Shown here one piece after another: positions 1-11,413 of a stretch of 64,000 nt of DNA. Made by a program: the position numbers and the translations under genes. The stretch is from Kofleriaceae bacterium (GTDB taxonomy: Bacteria; Myxococcota_A; Polyangia; Haliangiales; Haliangiaceae), in the NCBI GenBank assembly GCA_965215005.1, contig CBDCCZ010000044.1, positions 96,001 through 160,000 on the forward strand, in the 5' to 3' direction. Position 1 is the first letter of the stretch. The number at the start of each line of letters is the position of its first letter. Below the pieces are notes generated by a model that made no database searches, had not been told where the DNA came from, and saw nothing but the letters and a program-made list of their open reading frames with translations.

Positions 1-533
1 CCGCTGAGCCGCTCGGAGCGCGTGCTCGAGTGGGCTTTGCCGACCAGCCTCCTTCACTTTACGAGTTCTTTACCGTGCGCGAGCATCTGGCCTTCATCGG
101 TCGTGCGCGCGGTAGCAATGAACCGGCGCGAGAAGCTGGCATTCTCGAGGCGCTAGGTCTTGGCGGCATCGCCGAGCGCATGTGCCGCGAGCTCTCGTTT
201 GGGATGCGGCAACGCGTTGGTCTCGCCGCCGCGCTGGTCGGCGGCGTCGACGTGGTGCTGCTCGATGAGACGCTCAATGGGCTCGATCCGCGGGCTGCCA
301 AGGCCGCTCGCAGCGTGCTGGAACGGGCGGCGCAGGACGATGGCGTGGCTATCTTGATGTCTACGCACCTCTTGGGAGTCGCGGAGCGGCTGTGCTCGCG
401 CATCCTCATCATGGACAGTGGTGAGCTCAAAGCCGACGTCTCCGGCGCCGAGCTCGACTCGCTGTTGGCTCGTGGCGCCGGAGCGGTGGAGGATCTGTAT
501 TTGACACTCGTTGCCGACGAGCCGGCCCATTGA
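1..533 (+). CDS. ABC transporter ATP-binding protein (5' end outside window)
   Basis: Signature LSFGMRQR, Walker B VLLDE, D-loop NGLD, H-loop STH. The frame is open back to the window start and Walker A is not in the window. Confidence 0.9.
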   Translation, partial: AEPLGARARVGFADQPPSLYEFFTVREHLAFIGRARGSNEPAREAGILEALGLGGIAERMCRELSFGMRQRVGLAAALVGGVDVVLLDETLNGLDPRAAKAARSVLERAAQDDGVAILMSTHLLGVAERLCSRILIMDSGELKADVSGAELDSLLARGAGAVEDLYLTLVADEPAH

Positions 534-1819
534 TGCTCACTTCGCGTGAGCTGATCCGCTGGGCAGCACTCGATGATCGTCGTCGGCGGCAGGCCCGAAC
601 GGGTCTTGGGGGGCTATCGCCGTGGATCTGGAGCTCGATGGCCGGTCTGCTGCTGTTTGCGGAGAGCGCCCGCGAGCTCGCTTCTGGGGCGCCGGCATCG
701 TCGGCGAGTCGCTTGCTGGTGGCGGTGATACTGGCAACCCACGTGGTCGTCATGTTCGGGGCATCGTTCCGAATGTACTGGCGACGCGACTCAGCGATGT
801 TGGCGCGGCTGCCTATTCCGGGGCGGCCTTTGTTTGATTTAGCGCTATTTCGATCCCTCCGCGCCACCGCCCTCGTCAGCCTGCCATGCGCCGGTGGAGT
901 CGCCGCGATGGCATTGCTGGCAGACCCTCTGCTGGCGCTACGGCATCTCGCGCTGCTCGTGATCGCCGCGCTCGGGGCCGCTCTGTTTGCCCCGGCAGCC
1001 GCTCTGGCTGCCGGAGGCGTGGTGGCCTCGGAGACCGCGCGCTCAGCGCTTTCGAGCTTGGCCGGCGACTTCGAAGCGCCACGCACGTCCTACCTCGGTC
1101 TCATTCCCGGGCTTGCTGCGACGATGGTTGCGTTGCTGATTGTTAGCGCCACAGGCTGGGCAGGCGGCGCCGAATCCACCGCTGTGGGGCCGGCAGGAGT
1201 GCTTCTCGGCGGTGCCGCGGGCGTCTTTCTTCTCGCGGCCGCTCTCGCAATGGCTCGGGCCGCGGCGGTCATGCCTGCGGCGGTGCGCGAAGTGGCTGCG
1301 CTCGATCAAGAGCGGCTGGCTCACGTCGAGCGCACTGAGCCGTCATTTCTAGAGCGTGCCTTTGCGCGTCTTGCTCGCGGCGTGGGTGCGCGCCTGGTGT
1401 TCGAGAAAGATGTGAGTCTGGCGCGACGACGCTATCCAATTCCCTACTTCGTGGGGCTGATGGCACTGATCGTGTTGTGGATCCTGGCAGTGGCTGCACC
1501 TAGCGAAGCGCTGCTTTGGGCCGGGCTTCTGCTCGGCTCTCTGGGCGCGTACGCCGTGGTGATGGCGAAGCGGCTGCTCGTGCCGCCCATCGAGCACCCG
1601 CGGGTGCTCGCGAGCCTCCCATTCGAGAAAGGTGCGGCGGCCAGTGCCAAGCGCGCACAGATGATCGCTTGGGTGGCGACGTACATGCTCCTAGGAGGCC
1701 TGCCTTTGGCGCTGCGGGCGCCACGCCCCCTACTCGCAATCGCCGTAGTCATCGGCATCGCTGCGGTTACCTTCCTTGCGTGCGCCGTGATCGTTCGCGA
1801 GCCCGCTCGCGCGCAATAG
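530..1819 (+). CDS. Multi-pass membrane protein, probable ABC permease
   Basis: Many hydrophobic segments; start overlaps the ATPase stop. Confidence 0.7.
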   Translation: MMLTSRELIRWAALDDRRRRQARTGLGGLSPWIWSSMAGLLLFAESARELASGAPASSASRLLVAVILATHVVVMFGASFRMYWRRDSAMLARLPIPGRPLFDLALFRSLRATALVSLPCAGGVAAMALLADPLLALRHLALLVIAALGAALFAPAAALAAGGVVASETARSALSSLAGDFEAPRTSYLGLIPGLAATMVALLIVSATGWAGGAESTAVGPAGVLLGGAAGVFLLAAALAMARAAAVMPAAVREVAALDQERLAHVERTEPSFLERAFARLARGVGARLVFEKDVSLARRRYPIPYFVGLMALIVLWILAVAAPSEALLWAGLLLGSLGAYAVVMAKRLLVPPIEHPRVLASLPFEKGAAASAKRAQMIAWVATYMLLGGLPLALRAPRPLLAIAVVIGIAAVTFLACAVIVREPARAQ

Positions 1820-1823
1820 CGAC

Positions 1824-2786
1824 TCACGCCGCTTCGGCTGCGGGCGCGTGAAAAATGTGCAGTGAGCGCGCGCAGGCTTCTGCTTCACGTCCGCTTTGCC
1901 GCAAGTCGAACAGGCACACGACTTCGGTCCGATGCCCCGGCGAGATGTTGGCGATGAAGCGGGTGACCGAGGACAGGATGAAGTAGAGGCCGAGACCGGC
2001 ACCGCCGCCGAGGCCATCCGGCGTCTTGGGGCGCCCGCGTTCAGCGCGAGCGCGGCTCAGATGATCGAGGATTGCCTCTTTATGGAGCTCGCCGTAGTTG
2101 TCTTGTACAGACACAGCGAAATAACGGCCGTCGCTGGCATAGCGAAGCAGCGCGCGGTCACCCGCGGGCAGAATGGTATCCGCGGATTTCGCGATGCGCG
2201 CTTCTTGACTCACTCCCTCACGCACCGCAGGAGCGTCATACAACGCGTTCATCAGTAATTCGTCGGTCACGCTTTCGATCTTTGCGACGACCTGGCGCCG
2301 CGAGCCGCCCTCTTTGGCGGCCGCCGCAATGGCAAATAGCGCGGCACGTTTCTCCTCGTAGCTAGCAATGTCCAGCTCACTCACCTTTGCGCCCCAAGCG
2401 AGATATTTTTCCAGGCCAAAGATGTCGCCGCTGAGTAGCTTTACAGAAGTGACGATCAGCTCGCCTTCGTCGGGGGCGGCTTCTTCGCTGATGATGTGGT
2501 TCATCGGCTGATTGCGGAGCAGCGAGACGACGTCGGCGTCCTCCAGCGAATCGCCGATGATGATGATCTTGCCGCCGGCGGCGGCAATGCGCGCCAACTG
2601 CGGCGGCTCGGTCGCAAGTCGCAGCTCGCGATCGATGAGTAGGATCGCCGCACCTTGCGCGTCGCCATCGAGCTCATCGGCGAACTCGACGCGTGCCACC
2701 ACCGAGCTCAGCGTACGCCGTAACATCTTCTTGAGCGTAGCGCTTCGAGTAACGCAGACTGCTCGCGGAACGCTAGCTGGATCCAT
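1824..2786 (-). CDS. RsbW/SpoIIAB-like GHKL (HATPase_c) kinase with N-terminal receiver-like region
   Basis: N-box DELLMNA, G1-like VQDNYG, G2 GGAGLGL, no H-box. Start set at ATG 2786 within ORF 1824..3164. Confidence 0.75.
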   Translation of the reverse strand: MDPASVPRAVCVTRSATLKKMLRRTLSSVVARVEFADELDGDAQGAAILLIDRELRLATEPPQLARIAAAGGKIIIIGDSLEDADVVSLLRNQPMNHIISEEAAPDEGELIVTSVKLLSGDIFGLEKYLAWGAKVSELDIASYEEKRAALFAIAAAAKEGGSRRQVVAKIESVTDELLMNALYDAPAVREGVSQEARIAKSADTILPAGDRALLRYASDGRYFAVSVQDNYGELHKEAILDHLSRARAERGRPKTPDGLGGGAGLGLYFILSSVTRFIANISPGHRTEVVCLFDLRQSGREAEACARSLHIFHAPAAEAA

Positions 2787-3054
2787 ACGGCGGTGCTCAG
2801 GATATGCCGTCGCGGCAAAAGCCGTCAAATGACGCGGATGAGTGGGCGTTCGATGACCATGTACCGATAGGTCGTTGCAGGCCGCAAGTGTATGTAGTTG
2901 CCGCTCCAACGCAGCGGACGTCATCGCGTGTCGTGTTGGCGATCGCTCATCGTGCACGAGCAGGAGCGCAGCGCTGACGGCACCTCTGGCGGGTGATTCT
3001 TGTCCGAGCACTTCTGGCCAAGGTTCTTCGGAGACTGATACGATAGCTGCGTTC

Positions 3055-6000
3055 ATGGCGGAGCCACCTTCCAGCGAGGGCCGTCCTCCCGGACTGTTGC
3101 CCATGCCCAGCCGCCAGTTTGGCGATGCGGCGTCGCTCAATGGAGTCTTTGCGGCGGCTGCCACTGAAGGAACTGCCGCCAGTGCTCACTCGCGACTACC
3201 GCGTGGCTTGGCTGGGACGCACTCTCCTTACGCGGTGGCGAACGCCGCGATGATCGAAAGCTTGGCGCAACTTCTCGTGCGCGAGGCCGAGAGTCTCATC
3301 GCTGGCTCCGAAGGCTCCGACGAGCAGCTAGCCGATCTTCACGTTCGCTTGGCGCTCATCTCATGGGATGTGCTTGACGATGGCGAGGCAACCGTCCGCT
3401 ACCTCGAGCTCGCCGATAAACATCCCGTAGCGTGGCGCCTCATGCTCGCGCACGGCATCACCGAGGCTCGCGCCGCGCATATCGAAGCCGCGCACAGCAT
3501 CATCGATCAGGTCGTGAGCGACGAGCGTGCCCGAGCCGCGGCGCTACGTGAAGTTGCTGAGGCGTGGCTGTATCGCTTTGGCGACCATCCGCGGGCCACC
3601 GAGGTGGCCAGGATGGCCCTCGAGCTGCGCGGGGATCCAGAAACCGCGGCTGAGCTGCAACATCTCTACATCCTTTCCCTGTCTGCTGCGGAAGAGTGGG
3701 GCGAGCTCGGCGCCGCGTTGGCCGAAGCTGCCACTCATAAGCGGGCGGGTGCGCACACCATTGCCGAGGCGGTGCATCTGCTCTACGACCGCCTCGACGA
3801 CGCCACCGGCGCTGCCGAGCTGCTCGGACGGACTCTCGAGCGTCTCGAACGTACCGCCTCGCCTGAGGCCGCGACGTTGCATGCCGCGCGCGTACTCGAT
3901 CTCGCGTTGGAGCTTCTCGATGTTCTCGGCGAGCACCCTGCGCTCGATCGCGTCGACTTATTGCGTCGTCGACTCGCGCTGCTCGAGGGCAGCAGCAACG
4001 GTGCGGCTGACGCAGCAGCGCTGCGTTACGAGATTTCCGCCGAGCTCGCCAAGTCGGATGCGCCGGCTGCGGTGGCGCTGCTCGATCAGCTAGTCGAGCC
4101 GGAGCCGGGGACCGGCGGCTGGGGCGGCCGGTTAGCGGCGCAATCTCAGGCTCGGCTGGGTCGTCGCCACGGCGACTTTGCCCGCGCAGTGGCTGCACTG
4201 CGAACGCTGGGACGTCGCCCCGGTGGCGGTGATGCCGCTGGTGCGTATCTGTGGCGCGCCGCCGAAATCTCCGATGCGCGTGCCGGCGATGATCAGGCAC
4301 TGGAGCTGTGGCGGGCGGTCGCTCGCACCGACGCGCGCACCGACGATAGTGGCGAGCAAGCAGCGCGCGCGATCGAACGGCTACTTCTCGATGCCCCACC
4401 TGAGCAGTTGACCGTCTACCTAGAGGAGCTCAGCGAACGCGATCGAGCCCTGCGATCAGTGTGTTTACGTCGTGCCGCTGCGGTGGCCGAGTCGCGTCAA
4501 CGCGACTTGAGCGCGGCGATGCGACTGTATCGCGCGGCGCATGGCGGCGAAGGCGACGTGGCGGGTCACGAGGCGCTGTTGCGAGTGCATCGACAGCAGC
4601 GAGAGGTCGACGCGCTGGCAGCCGAGTATCGCGCGTTGGCGGCCGCCTACGTCGAACCACGGGCTGTAGCGACTGCGCTCTGCGCATGCGGAATGGTCGA
4701 GCTTGCGCGCGATCAGCTCGACGCGGCTGAAGAGGCGTTCGTTGCGGCGGCCGGAAAAGCGCCCAAGGATCCGCTGGCGCGAGCGGCGCTCGCCGGGATC
4801 TATCGGCACCGCAAGCGTTGGGAGCCGCTGGCACCGGTGCTCGTCGAGCTCGCGGAGCTGGCGGTGAGTGAGGAGACTCGAATCAGCCTGTTCTGCGAGC
4901 TTGGAAATCTCTATTCGCGGGAGCTTGGAGACGGTCTCAAAGCGCGGGAGAGCTTTGAAAAGGCACTAGAGCTCGACTCCGACAACGGAATCACTCTGCA
5001 TGCGCTCGCCGAGCTCTACGACCGCGCTGGCGAGTGGAGCAAGTCCATCAAGCTCCGTGAGCGCGCGGTTGCGGCGCTCGATGACGATGCGCGCCGCTCC
5101 GTTGTCCTTCTAGAGCTCGGGAACATCGAGGAGACTCATCGCGCTGATCCCGAAGCCGCGCTGCGGGCTTACGAGCGCGCCTTCGAGCTCGACACGAGCA
5201 ACATTGCCGCGCTGCGGGCTCAGCAGGCCGTCCATCGCGAGCATGGCAACATGGAGGCGCTCCTCGCGGCGCTGCGCGTGGAGCTAGAGCGGCAGGCCGA
5301 GCCACCGACTCCTGATCGCCAGCTCGAAATCCAGCTAGAGATTGCGAGCACGCTGCGGGCTGATGGCGCGCAGGTCGATGGTGCCCTCGCGGCCTACCGC
5401 GCCGCTCTAGAGGTGGAACCGGCAAACGCCGTAGCCCTCGCAGGGCTCGAGCAGCTGGCGCGCGAGAGCGGCTCGTGGAAGGCGATGGCAGAAGCCTTTG
5501 GCCGCGCGCCGAGCACCACTGCAAACCTGCGCAACCTCGCTGAGGCTCTCGAGCAGCTCGAGGACTGGCCCGGCTTCGCGCAGGTTCGTTTGCAAGAGAT
5601 CGATCTCGCCGGCGCCGACGCCGATCGCGCGCGATTGGCGCATGCGCTCGGTGAGGTCTACGAGACCAAGCTCGGCGACATCGACAACGCTATCGCGATG
5701 TTCCAGCGGGCCCTCGATACAGGCGTTGCGGCGCACGGCACGCAGCAGTCGCTGATACGTCTCCTCGAAGAACATCGGCGCTGGCCTGCTCTCGAGAAGG
5801 CGCTCGAGCGTGAGTTGGCATCCACGCCTGCAGGCAAGCTCAAACGGCAGGTAGAGCTGCTCTTGCGGCTCGGCGAGCTCAGGCGGGATAAGCTCGATAG
5901 AGCCGCCGATGCGGCGCTCGCGTTCGAGGCGATCCTCGAGCGCGAGCCGCATCACGTCGCCGCGCTCGAAGCGCTCGAAGCGCTCTATCAGACTCTCGAG

Positions 6001-9000
6001 CGCCAGAAGGATCTGTTGCGGGTCCTAGAGACCCGCGCAGACAGCGCCGATACAGGTGTGCAGCGGGCCGAGCTATACGCGCGGGTGGCGGCGATCAAGC
6101 AGGAGCACGCCGACACCGAAGGCGCCATTGCTGCCTATCGAGAGGCGTTCAGCGCTAATCCGGCCGACCGCAACGTGTTCACATTGATGGAGAAGCTCTG
6201 CTACAAGCACGAGCGTTGGTCGGAAGCGTTGGAGCTGTATCAGACCGCCATCGCCCTCGTCGAAGACGGCAACGCCCGTGCCTATCGGCTCGGCGATCTC
6301 TACGCTCGTCGGGGTCAGGTGCAGCTGCAGTACATGAGCGATCTCAGCGGAGCTGCGCAGTCCTACGTACGCGTTCTGAAGATCGACCCCGATAATGATC
6401 ACGCGCTCAAGTGCTTGGAGTCTATCCACTCGCAGCAAAGCGACTGGAGCGGCCTCATCAAGGTGTACGAGACGCGCGCAGAGCTCATGCGAGACCATGA
6501 GCGCCGGCTCGAGACCTTGCGCCGCGCTGCGCGAGTGGCGGCCGCTAAGCTCAAGAGCGCGGCCGAAGCCGCTCGCATATTCGAGCTGATCCTGCGCAAT
6601 GATCCCGCGGATCGCGAAGCGCTCGATGCGCTGGAGCGATACTACGAACGTGCACAAGACTGGAGCAAGCTGGTCGACGTGCTCAAGCGTCGCCTCGCGG
6701 CCTCGCCCGCCGGCGAAGACGCCACCGTGCTGCTGCGGCGAATCGCGCAGATTTGTGAAGAGGGCCTGCGCGACGAACAGCGCGCGGTGGAACATTATCT
6801 GCGCATGCTCGAGATTGCGCCGGGGAGCCGCGAAGCGCTCGAGGCGCTCGGGCGCATCTACGAGTCCACCGAGCAATGGACCGATTTCATCGACGTGACG
6901 CGGAGACAAATCCGGGTAACGAACGATCGCGGCGTCAAGGCGCTCCTCTACTTCAAGTGTGGCTCGGTCATGGAGGCCAAGTTCAACAAAGAAGAAGACG
7001 CCATCCGATACTACGACGCGGCGATCAAGACCTCTTTCTCGTGTTTGCCGGCGGTTCACGGACTGCGAGACCTGCATCGCCGGCACGAGGACTGGCCTCG
7101 CGTCATCCAGACGCTCGAGCTCGAGGTCAAGCTGTGGCAAGAAGACAAAGAGCGCGCGGGGGTCTTCGCACAAATCGGTCGCATCTACGCCGATCAACTC
7201 GGGCAGCCCGAGCGCGCGATGCACTATTATGAAAGCGCGTTAGCAGTCGACCCGGAGTGCTTGCCGGCCAATAAAGCTCTGTTCGAGCAGTACTTTGGCA
7301 ATGGCGATTGGGAACGCGCACAGAACCTAGCGCAGGCGCTGGCACAAAAAGCGATGCGCGAAGGCGACCCCACCGCCCGCAGCGAATTCTATCGCAAGCG
7401 AGGAATCGTGGCATGGATGACCGGCGATCTGCGTGCCGGCGCCGAAAGCCTGATCATCTCGCTCGAGCTCAAGCCGACCAACATGGAGGCTCTCGACGCG
7501 CTGGGAGAGCTCGCAAAGGCCAATGGTGATGCCTACGACTTCGAGGCGACGTACCGCGAGCTCGAGAAGATCTACAAAAAGCGCGATGACGCGCATCCGT
7601 ATCTGGCGCGGGTTCGCGTCGGCCAGGCCTTCATCAAAGAGCGTGAGGGCGATCTAGACGCCGCCGAAGAACGCTACGCCGAAGCAACGGAGCTGTGCCC
7701 CGCCGACTTCACCATCTTGTCGGCATTGGTGGAGCTACACGCGAACATGCGTCGCTGGACGCATGCTACCGAAGCAATCGTGCGCTTCCTGGAGTCGGAG
7801 CCGGCGCCATCGGACGAGGTGCGGTTGCGCGCGTTGATGCGCCAAGCGGAGCTCCACGCCGACGGCGAGATGGACTCGCATCGCGCGATCAGCGTGCTGC
7901 GCGAGGTGGTCCGCCTGGAGCCAAATCATCAGGAGGCGCATTACCGTCTCGCGCAGGAGTATTTTGCTTTGCAGCGATGGGGCGAAGCGCGGGCGGCGGT
8001 CGATCGCTGCATCGAGCTCGCGACCGTTCCGGGCAGCACGGTCGAGCCGGAGACGCTGGCCAGGTTCTATTTCTATCTCGGAAGGGTGCTGGAAGCGGCC
8101 GGTGATGGCCGCGCGGCAGCGGCTCAGTATCGACGCGCTGCCGAGTATGATCCCGGATATGCGCCGCCAGCGCTTGCGCTTGCGCGTCGCGCCACCGAGG
8201 CCGCCGATCAGCGCCAGGCCGAGACGCTGCTCATCAATGCGGCGCACGCCGCGATGGGCTCAGGCGGGCCCTCGGCGGCGGTGCCGTTGCAGCGGGGGCT
8301 CGCGCGCATCCTGCTGGCTTCGGGAGATCGTCCCGCGGCGATCGAAGCCTATCGCGGCATCCTCAACGTCGATCCCGCCAACGCGACCGACCGCGTTGCG
8401 CTCGCGGAGATTTACGCTCTTGATGATCCGCGCAAAGCGATCTCCGAGCTGCGCAAGGTCATCGAGCGCGATTTGCGGCATGCGCCCGCGTATCGCATGT
8501 TGGCATCGTTTTATACTCGTGTTGGCGAGCCTGAGCATGCCACTCGCGCGCTCACGGTCATGGAGATGCTCGGCTTTGCCGACGGCACCGATCGCGCATC
8601 GCTCGCGAAGACCCGCGCGATGGTGCACCGCGTGCCGCTGCGGCGCTCGGTCGACGATGAGCTGCGTGACGGAATGTTGGCTACGGAAGCGGTGCGTGGA
8701 CCCGTGGGCGAGATCTATTCGGCGATCGCTGAAGAGATCGCGGGATTGTTTCCGCAGCCGCTCATGGGCGAGAACCTGGTGCCGATGCAGACGCTGGAGG
8801 ACCCAACGCTGCGAGCCGCGTTGGCCGATACCAGCCGCTTGTTCGGCATCGAGGCGGATGTGTATCTCGGCGAGCGAGTGCCGACAGGCGCGGTGTTGGT
8901 CTCGTTCCCGCGGCCAATTATCGTCATCGATCGCGAGATCCTCACCCAAGCCGACGCTGAGCGCCGGTATCTTCTTGGCTGGGCTTTCGAAGCGGTGCGG

Positions 9001-9432
9001 GGCGGCTATGCGCTGCTTTATTCGTTATCGCGACGGCAGCGAATCGAGCTCGGTTCGCTGCTCGCGTCGCTGCTGTTGCCCGAGGGCGAACGTGCCGGGC
9101 CGACCAACGAGTTCATTCGCTCGCTGCCCAAGCGGGCAGCAAAGCTCATCGAGAGTCACGCCGGTAGCGGCTGGGAGCTCGACATCGACACCTGGATCGA
9201 GGGTATGATGGCTTCTGCCAAGCGCGCAGGGCTGCTTGCCTGTGATGATTTCGCAGCGGCCGTTCGTATGATTGCGAGGCTGAGTGGCGAGACCGCCGGG
9301 GTAGGAGATGAGGATACTGTGGGATTAGGGGCTGTTTTGGGTGGAGCGGATCTGCTGCGATTCTATTTGGCGGATGACTATCATCGGTTGCGCGATGTCT
9401 TGAGCAATCCATCGCCTTCGTCTGCCGCTTGA
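3055..9432 (+). CDS. Giant TPR-repeat protein (AgmK-like architecture)
   Basis: >2000 aa of helical TPR-like units (e.g. ESFEKALELDSDN, AFEAILEREPHH). Start uncertain (ATG 3055 or 3250). Confidence 0.85.
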   Translation: MAEPPSSEGRPPGLLPMPSRQFGDAASLNGVFAAAATEGTAASAHSRLPRGLAGTHSPYAVANAAMIESLAQLLVREAESLIAGSEGSDEQLADLHVRLALISWDVLDDGEATVRYLELADKHPVAWRLMLAHGITEARAAHIEAAHSIIDQVVSDERARAAALREVAEAWLYRFGDHPRATEVARMALELRGDPETAAELQHLYILSLSAAEEWGELGAALAEAATHKRAGAHTIAEAVHLLYDRLDDATGAAELLGRTLERLERTASPEAATLHAARVLDLALELLDVLGEHPALDRVDLLRRRLALLEGSSNGAADAAALRYEISAELAKSDAPAAVALLDQLVEPEPGTGGWGGRLAAQSQARLGRRHGDFARAVAALRTLGRRPGGGDAAGAYLWRAAEISDARAGDDQALELWRAVARTDARTDDSGEQAARAIERLLLDAPPEQLTVYLEELSERDRALRSVCLRRAAAVAESRQRDLSAAMRLYRAAHGGEGDVAGHEALLRVHRQQREVDALAAEYRALAAAYVEPRAVATALCACGMVELARDQLDAAEEAFVAAAGKAPKDPLARAALAGIYRHRKRWEPLAPVLVELAELAVSEETRISLFCELGNLYSRELGDGLKARESFEKALELDSDNGITLHALAELYDRAGEWSKSIKLRERAVAALDDDARRSVVLLELGNIEETHRADPEAALRAYERAFELDTSNIAALRAQQAVHREHGNMEALLAALRVELERQAEPPTPDRQLEIQLEIASTLRADGAQVDGALAAYRAALEVEPANAVALAGLEQLARESGSWKAMAEAFGRAPSTTANLRNLAEALEQLEDWPGFAQVRLQEIDLAGADADRARLAHALGEVYETKLGDIDNAIAMFQRALDTGVAAHGTQQSLIRLLEEHRRWPALEKALERELASTPAGKLKRQVELLLRLGELRRDKLDRAADAALAFEAILEREPHHVAALEALEALYQTLERQKDLLRVLETRADSADTGVQRAELYARVAAIKQEHADTEGAIAAYREAFSANPADRNVFTLMEKLCYKHERWSEALELYQTAIALVEDGNARAYRLGDLYARRGQVQLQYMSDLSGAAQSYVRVLKIDPDNDHALKCLESIHSQQSDWSGLIKVYETRAELMRDHERRLETLRRAARVAAAKLKSAAEAARIFELILRNDPADREALDALERYYERAQDWSKLVDVLKRRLAASPAGEDATVLLRRIAQICEEGLRDEQRAVEHYLRMLEIAPGSREALEALGRIYESTEQWTDFIDVTRRQIRVTNDRGVKALLYFKCGSVMEAKFNKEEDAIRYYDAAIKTSFSCLPAVHGLRDLHRRHEDWPRVIQTLELEVKLWQEDKERAGVFAQIGRIYADQLGQPERAMHYYESALAVDPECLPANKALFEQYFGNGDWERAQNLAQALAQKAMREGDPTARSEFYRKRGIVAWMTGDLRAGAESLIISLELKPTNMEALDALGELAKANGDAYDFEATYRELEKIYKKRDDAHPYLARVRVGQAFIKEREGDLDAAEERYAEATELCPADFTILSALVELHANMRRWTHATEAIVRFLESEPAPSDEVRLRALMRQAELHADGEMDSHRAISVLREVVRLEPNHQEAHYRLAQEYFALQRWGEARAAVDRCIELATVPGSTVEPETLARFYFYLGRVLEAAGDGRAAAAQYRRAAEYDPGYAPPALALARRATEAADQRQAETLLINAAHAAMGSGGPSAAVPLQRGLARILLASGDRPAAIEAYRGILNVDPANATDRVALAEIYALDDPRKAISELRKVIERDLRHAPAYRMLASFYTRVGEPEHATRALTVMEMLGFADGTDRASLAKTRAMVHRVPLRRSVDDELRDGMLATEAVRGPVGEIYSAIAEEIAGLFPQPLMGENLVPMQTLEDPTLRAALADTSRLFGIEADVYLGERVPTGAVLVSFPRPIIVIDREILTQADAERRYLLGWAFEAVRGGYALLYSLSRRQRIELGSLLASLLLPEGERAGPTNEFIRSLPKRAAKLIESHAGSGWELDIDTWIEGMMASAKRAGLLACDDFAAAVRMIARLSGETAGVGDEDTVGLGAVLGGADLLRFYLADDYHRLRDVLSNPSPSSAA

Positions 9433-9612
9433 CGCAGCACCCGAAGAGGGGACCTATCTACATCCCGATGCGAGGTAACAGGACTTACGGAAACATCACT
9501 TGGCCCGGTCCTGGGCTAGCCGGCTCCGCCGATTTCCGTCTACACTAGCTAAACGCGGCGTTCGATCGTACCGTTGTAGTCATTCTTACATGAATTACTT
9601 GCCGGAGACCCC

Positions 9613-10488
<876 letters not shown>

Positions 10489-10606
10489 CGCAGCCGTAGC
10501 GGAGCCATGATGAGTCGTGGCGTGACCGACCCATGATCGCGCGAAGGGGCTGCGACGGCGCTGTGGTGAGTCGTTGCGTGAAGCGTTTACGCAGGCTGGC
10601 GCAGCA

Positions 10607-11164
10607 TCAGGCGACGAGGCCTTTCTTATAAGACAACAGCTCCTTTTGCGTCTTTAGCAGCAACTGGTTGGTCTCGAGGAGCTCTTTCGTCCGGGTGCGA
10701 ATTTGCGTTGCAAGCCGCTCGCGTTCCCGCGCCTCGTTCTCGAGCATCTCTTGGTACTTCACCTGAACGACCGCTTCGTCGGTAACGTTGCGCTGAATCT
10801 CGAGAGCGCCAACGTGCGCGCCGCTGGCATCGGTGATGGGAACGGCGGAGAGGATGAAACGCATCTGCTGCGCCTCACTATCGCCAATGACTGTACCGCT
10901 GATCTCGTCGAGCCTAACGTGGCGATTGTCGCGCCAGCACTGCTGCGCGATGCAGTCGTTTTTGCAGATGTTCAGCTCGATCACGTCGTAGCACTTCTTG
11001 CCTTTGAGCCCGCGCGCCACCTGGCGCGGCAGCATGGCGTAGAACGCGCGGTTGAAGTCGACGATGCGTCGCTCGCTATCCACCACGAAGTAGCTGTCGA
11101 CGATGACCGACGCCACACGCTTGAACTCGAGCAAGAACGATTGGAGCGCAGGAGACACTTCCAT
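10607..11164 (-). CDS. Stand-alone Cys-rich PAS domain + coiled coil
   Basis: [16 protein letters not shown]...GKKCYDV PAS pattern, RNVT end motif, coiled-coil tail, no output domain. Confidence 0.8.
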   Translation of the reverse strand: MEVSPALQSFLLEFKRVASVIVDSYFVVDSERRIVDFNRAFYAMLPRQVARGLKGKKCYDVIELNICKNDCIAQQCWRDNRHVRLDEISGTVIGDSEAQQMRFILSAVPITDASGAHVGALEIQRNVTDEAVVQVKYQEMLENEARERERLATQIRTRTKELLETNQLLLKTQKELLSYKKGLVA

Positions 11165-11413
11165 AAGCTGTGTTGGATTCTACCATTGTCGCTGCGACTG
11201 CAGATGGCCCGCGAGCTTCGCGCTGCAAATTTGGGCCGCCGAGAGCGCCGCGCCGCGAATCCTGTCAGGTCCCTGGCTCGACGGCTGTGATCGAGTGTAT
11301 GGAAGGGTCCGCCGGTTCCGGTGACACCGGAAAACTACGCGCAAAGACGCGATCCACCGCCGGCGAGCGTGCGTTGACCGCTTTGGGTCGAACCCGTAAG
11401 ATCGCGACAACCC

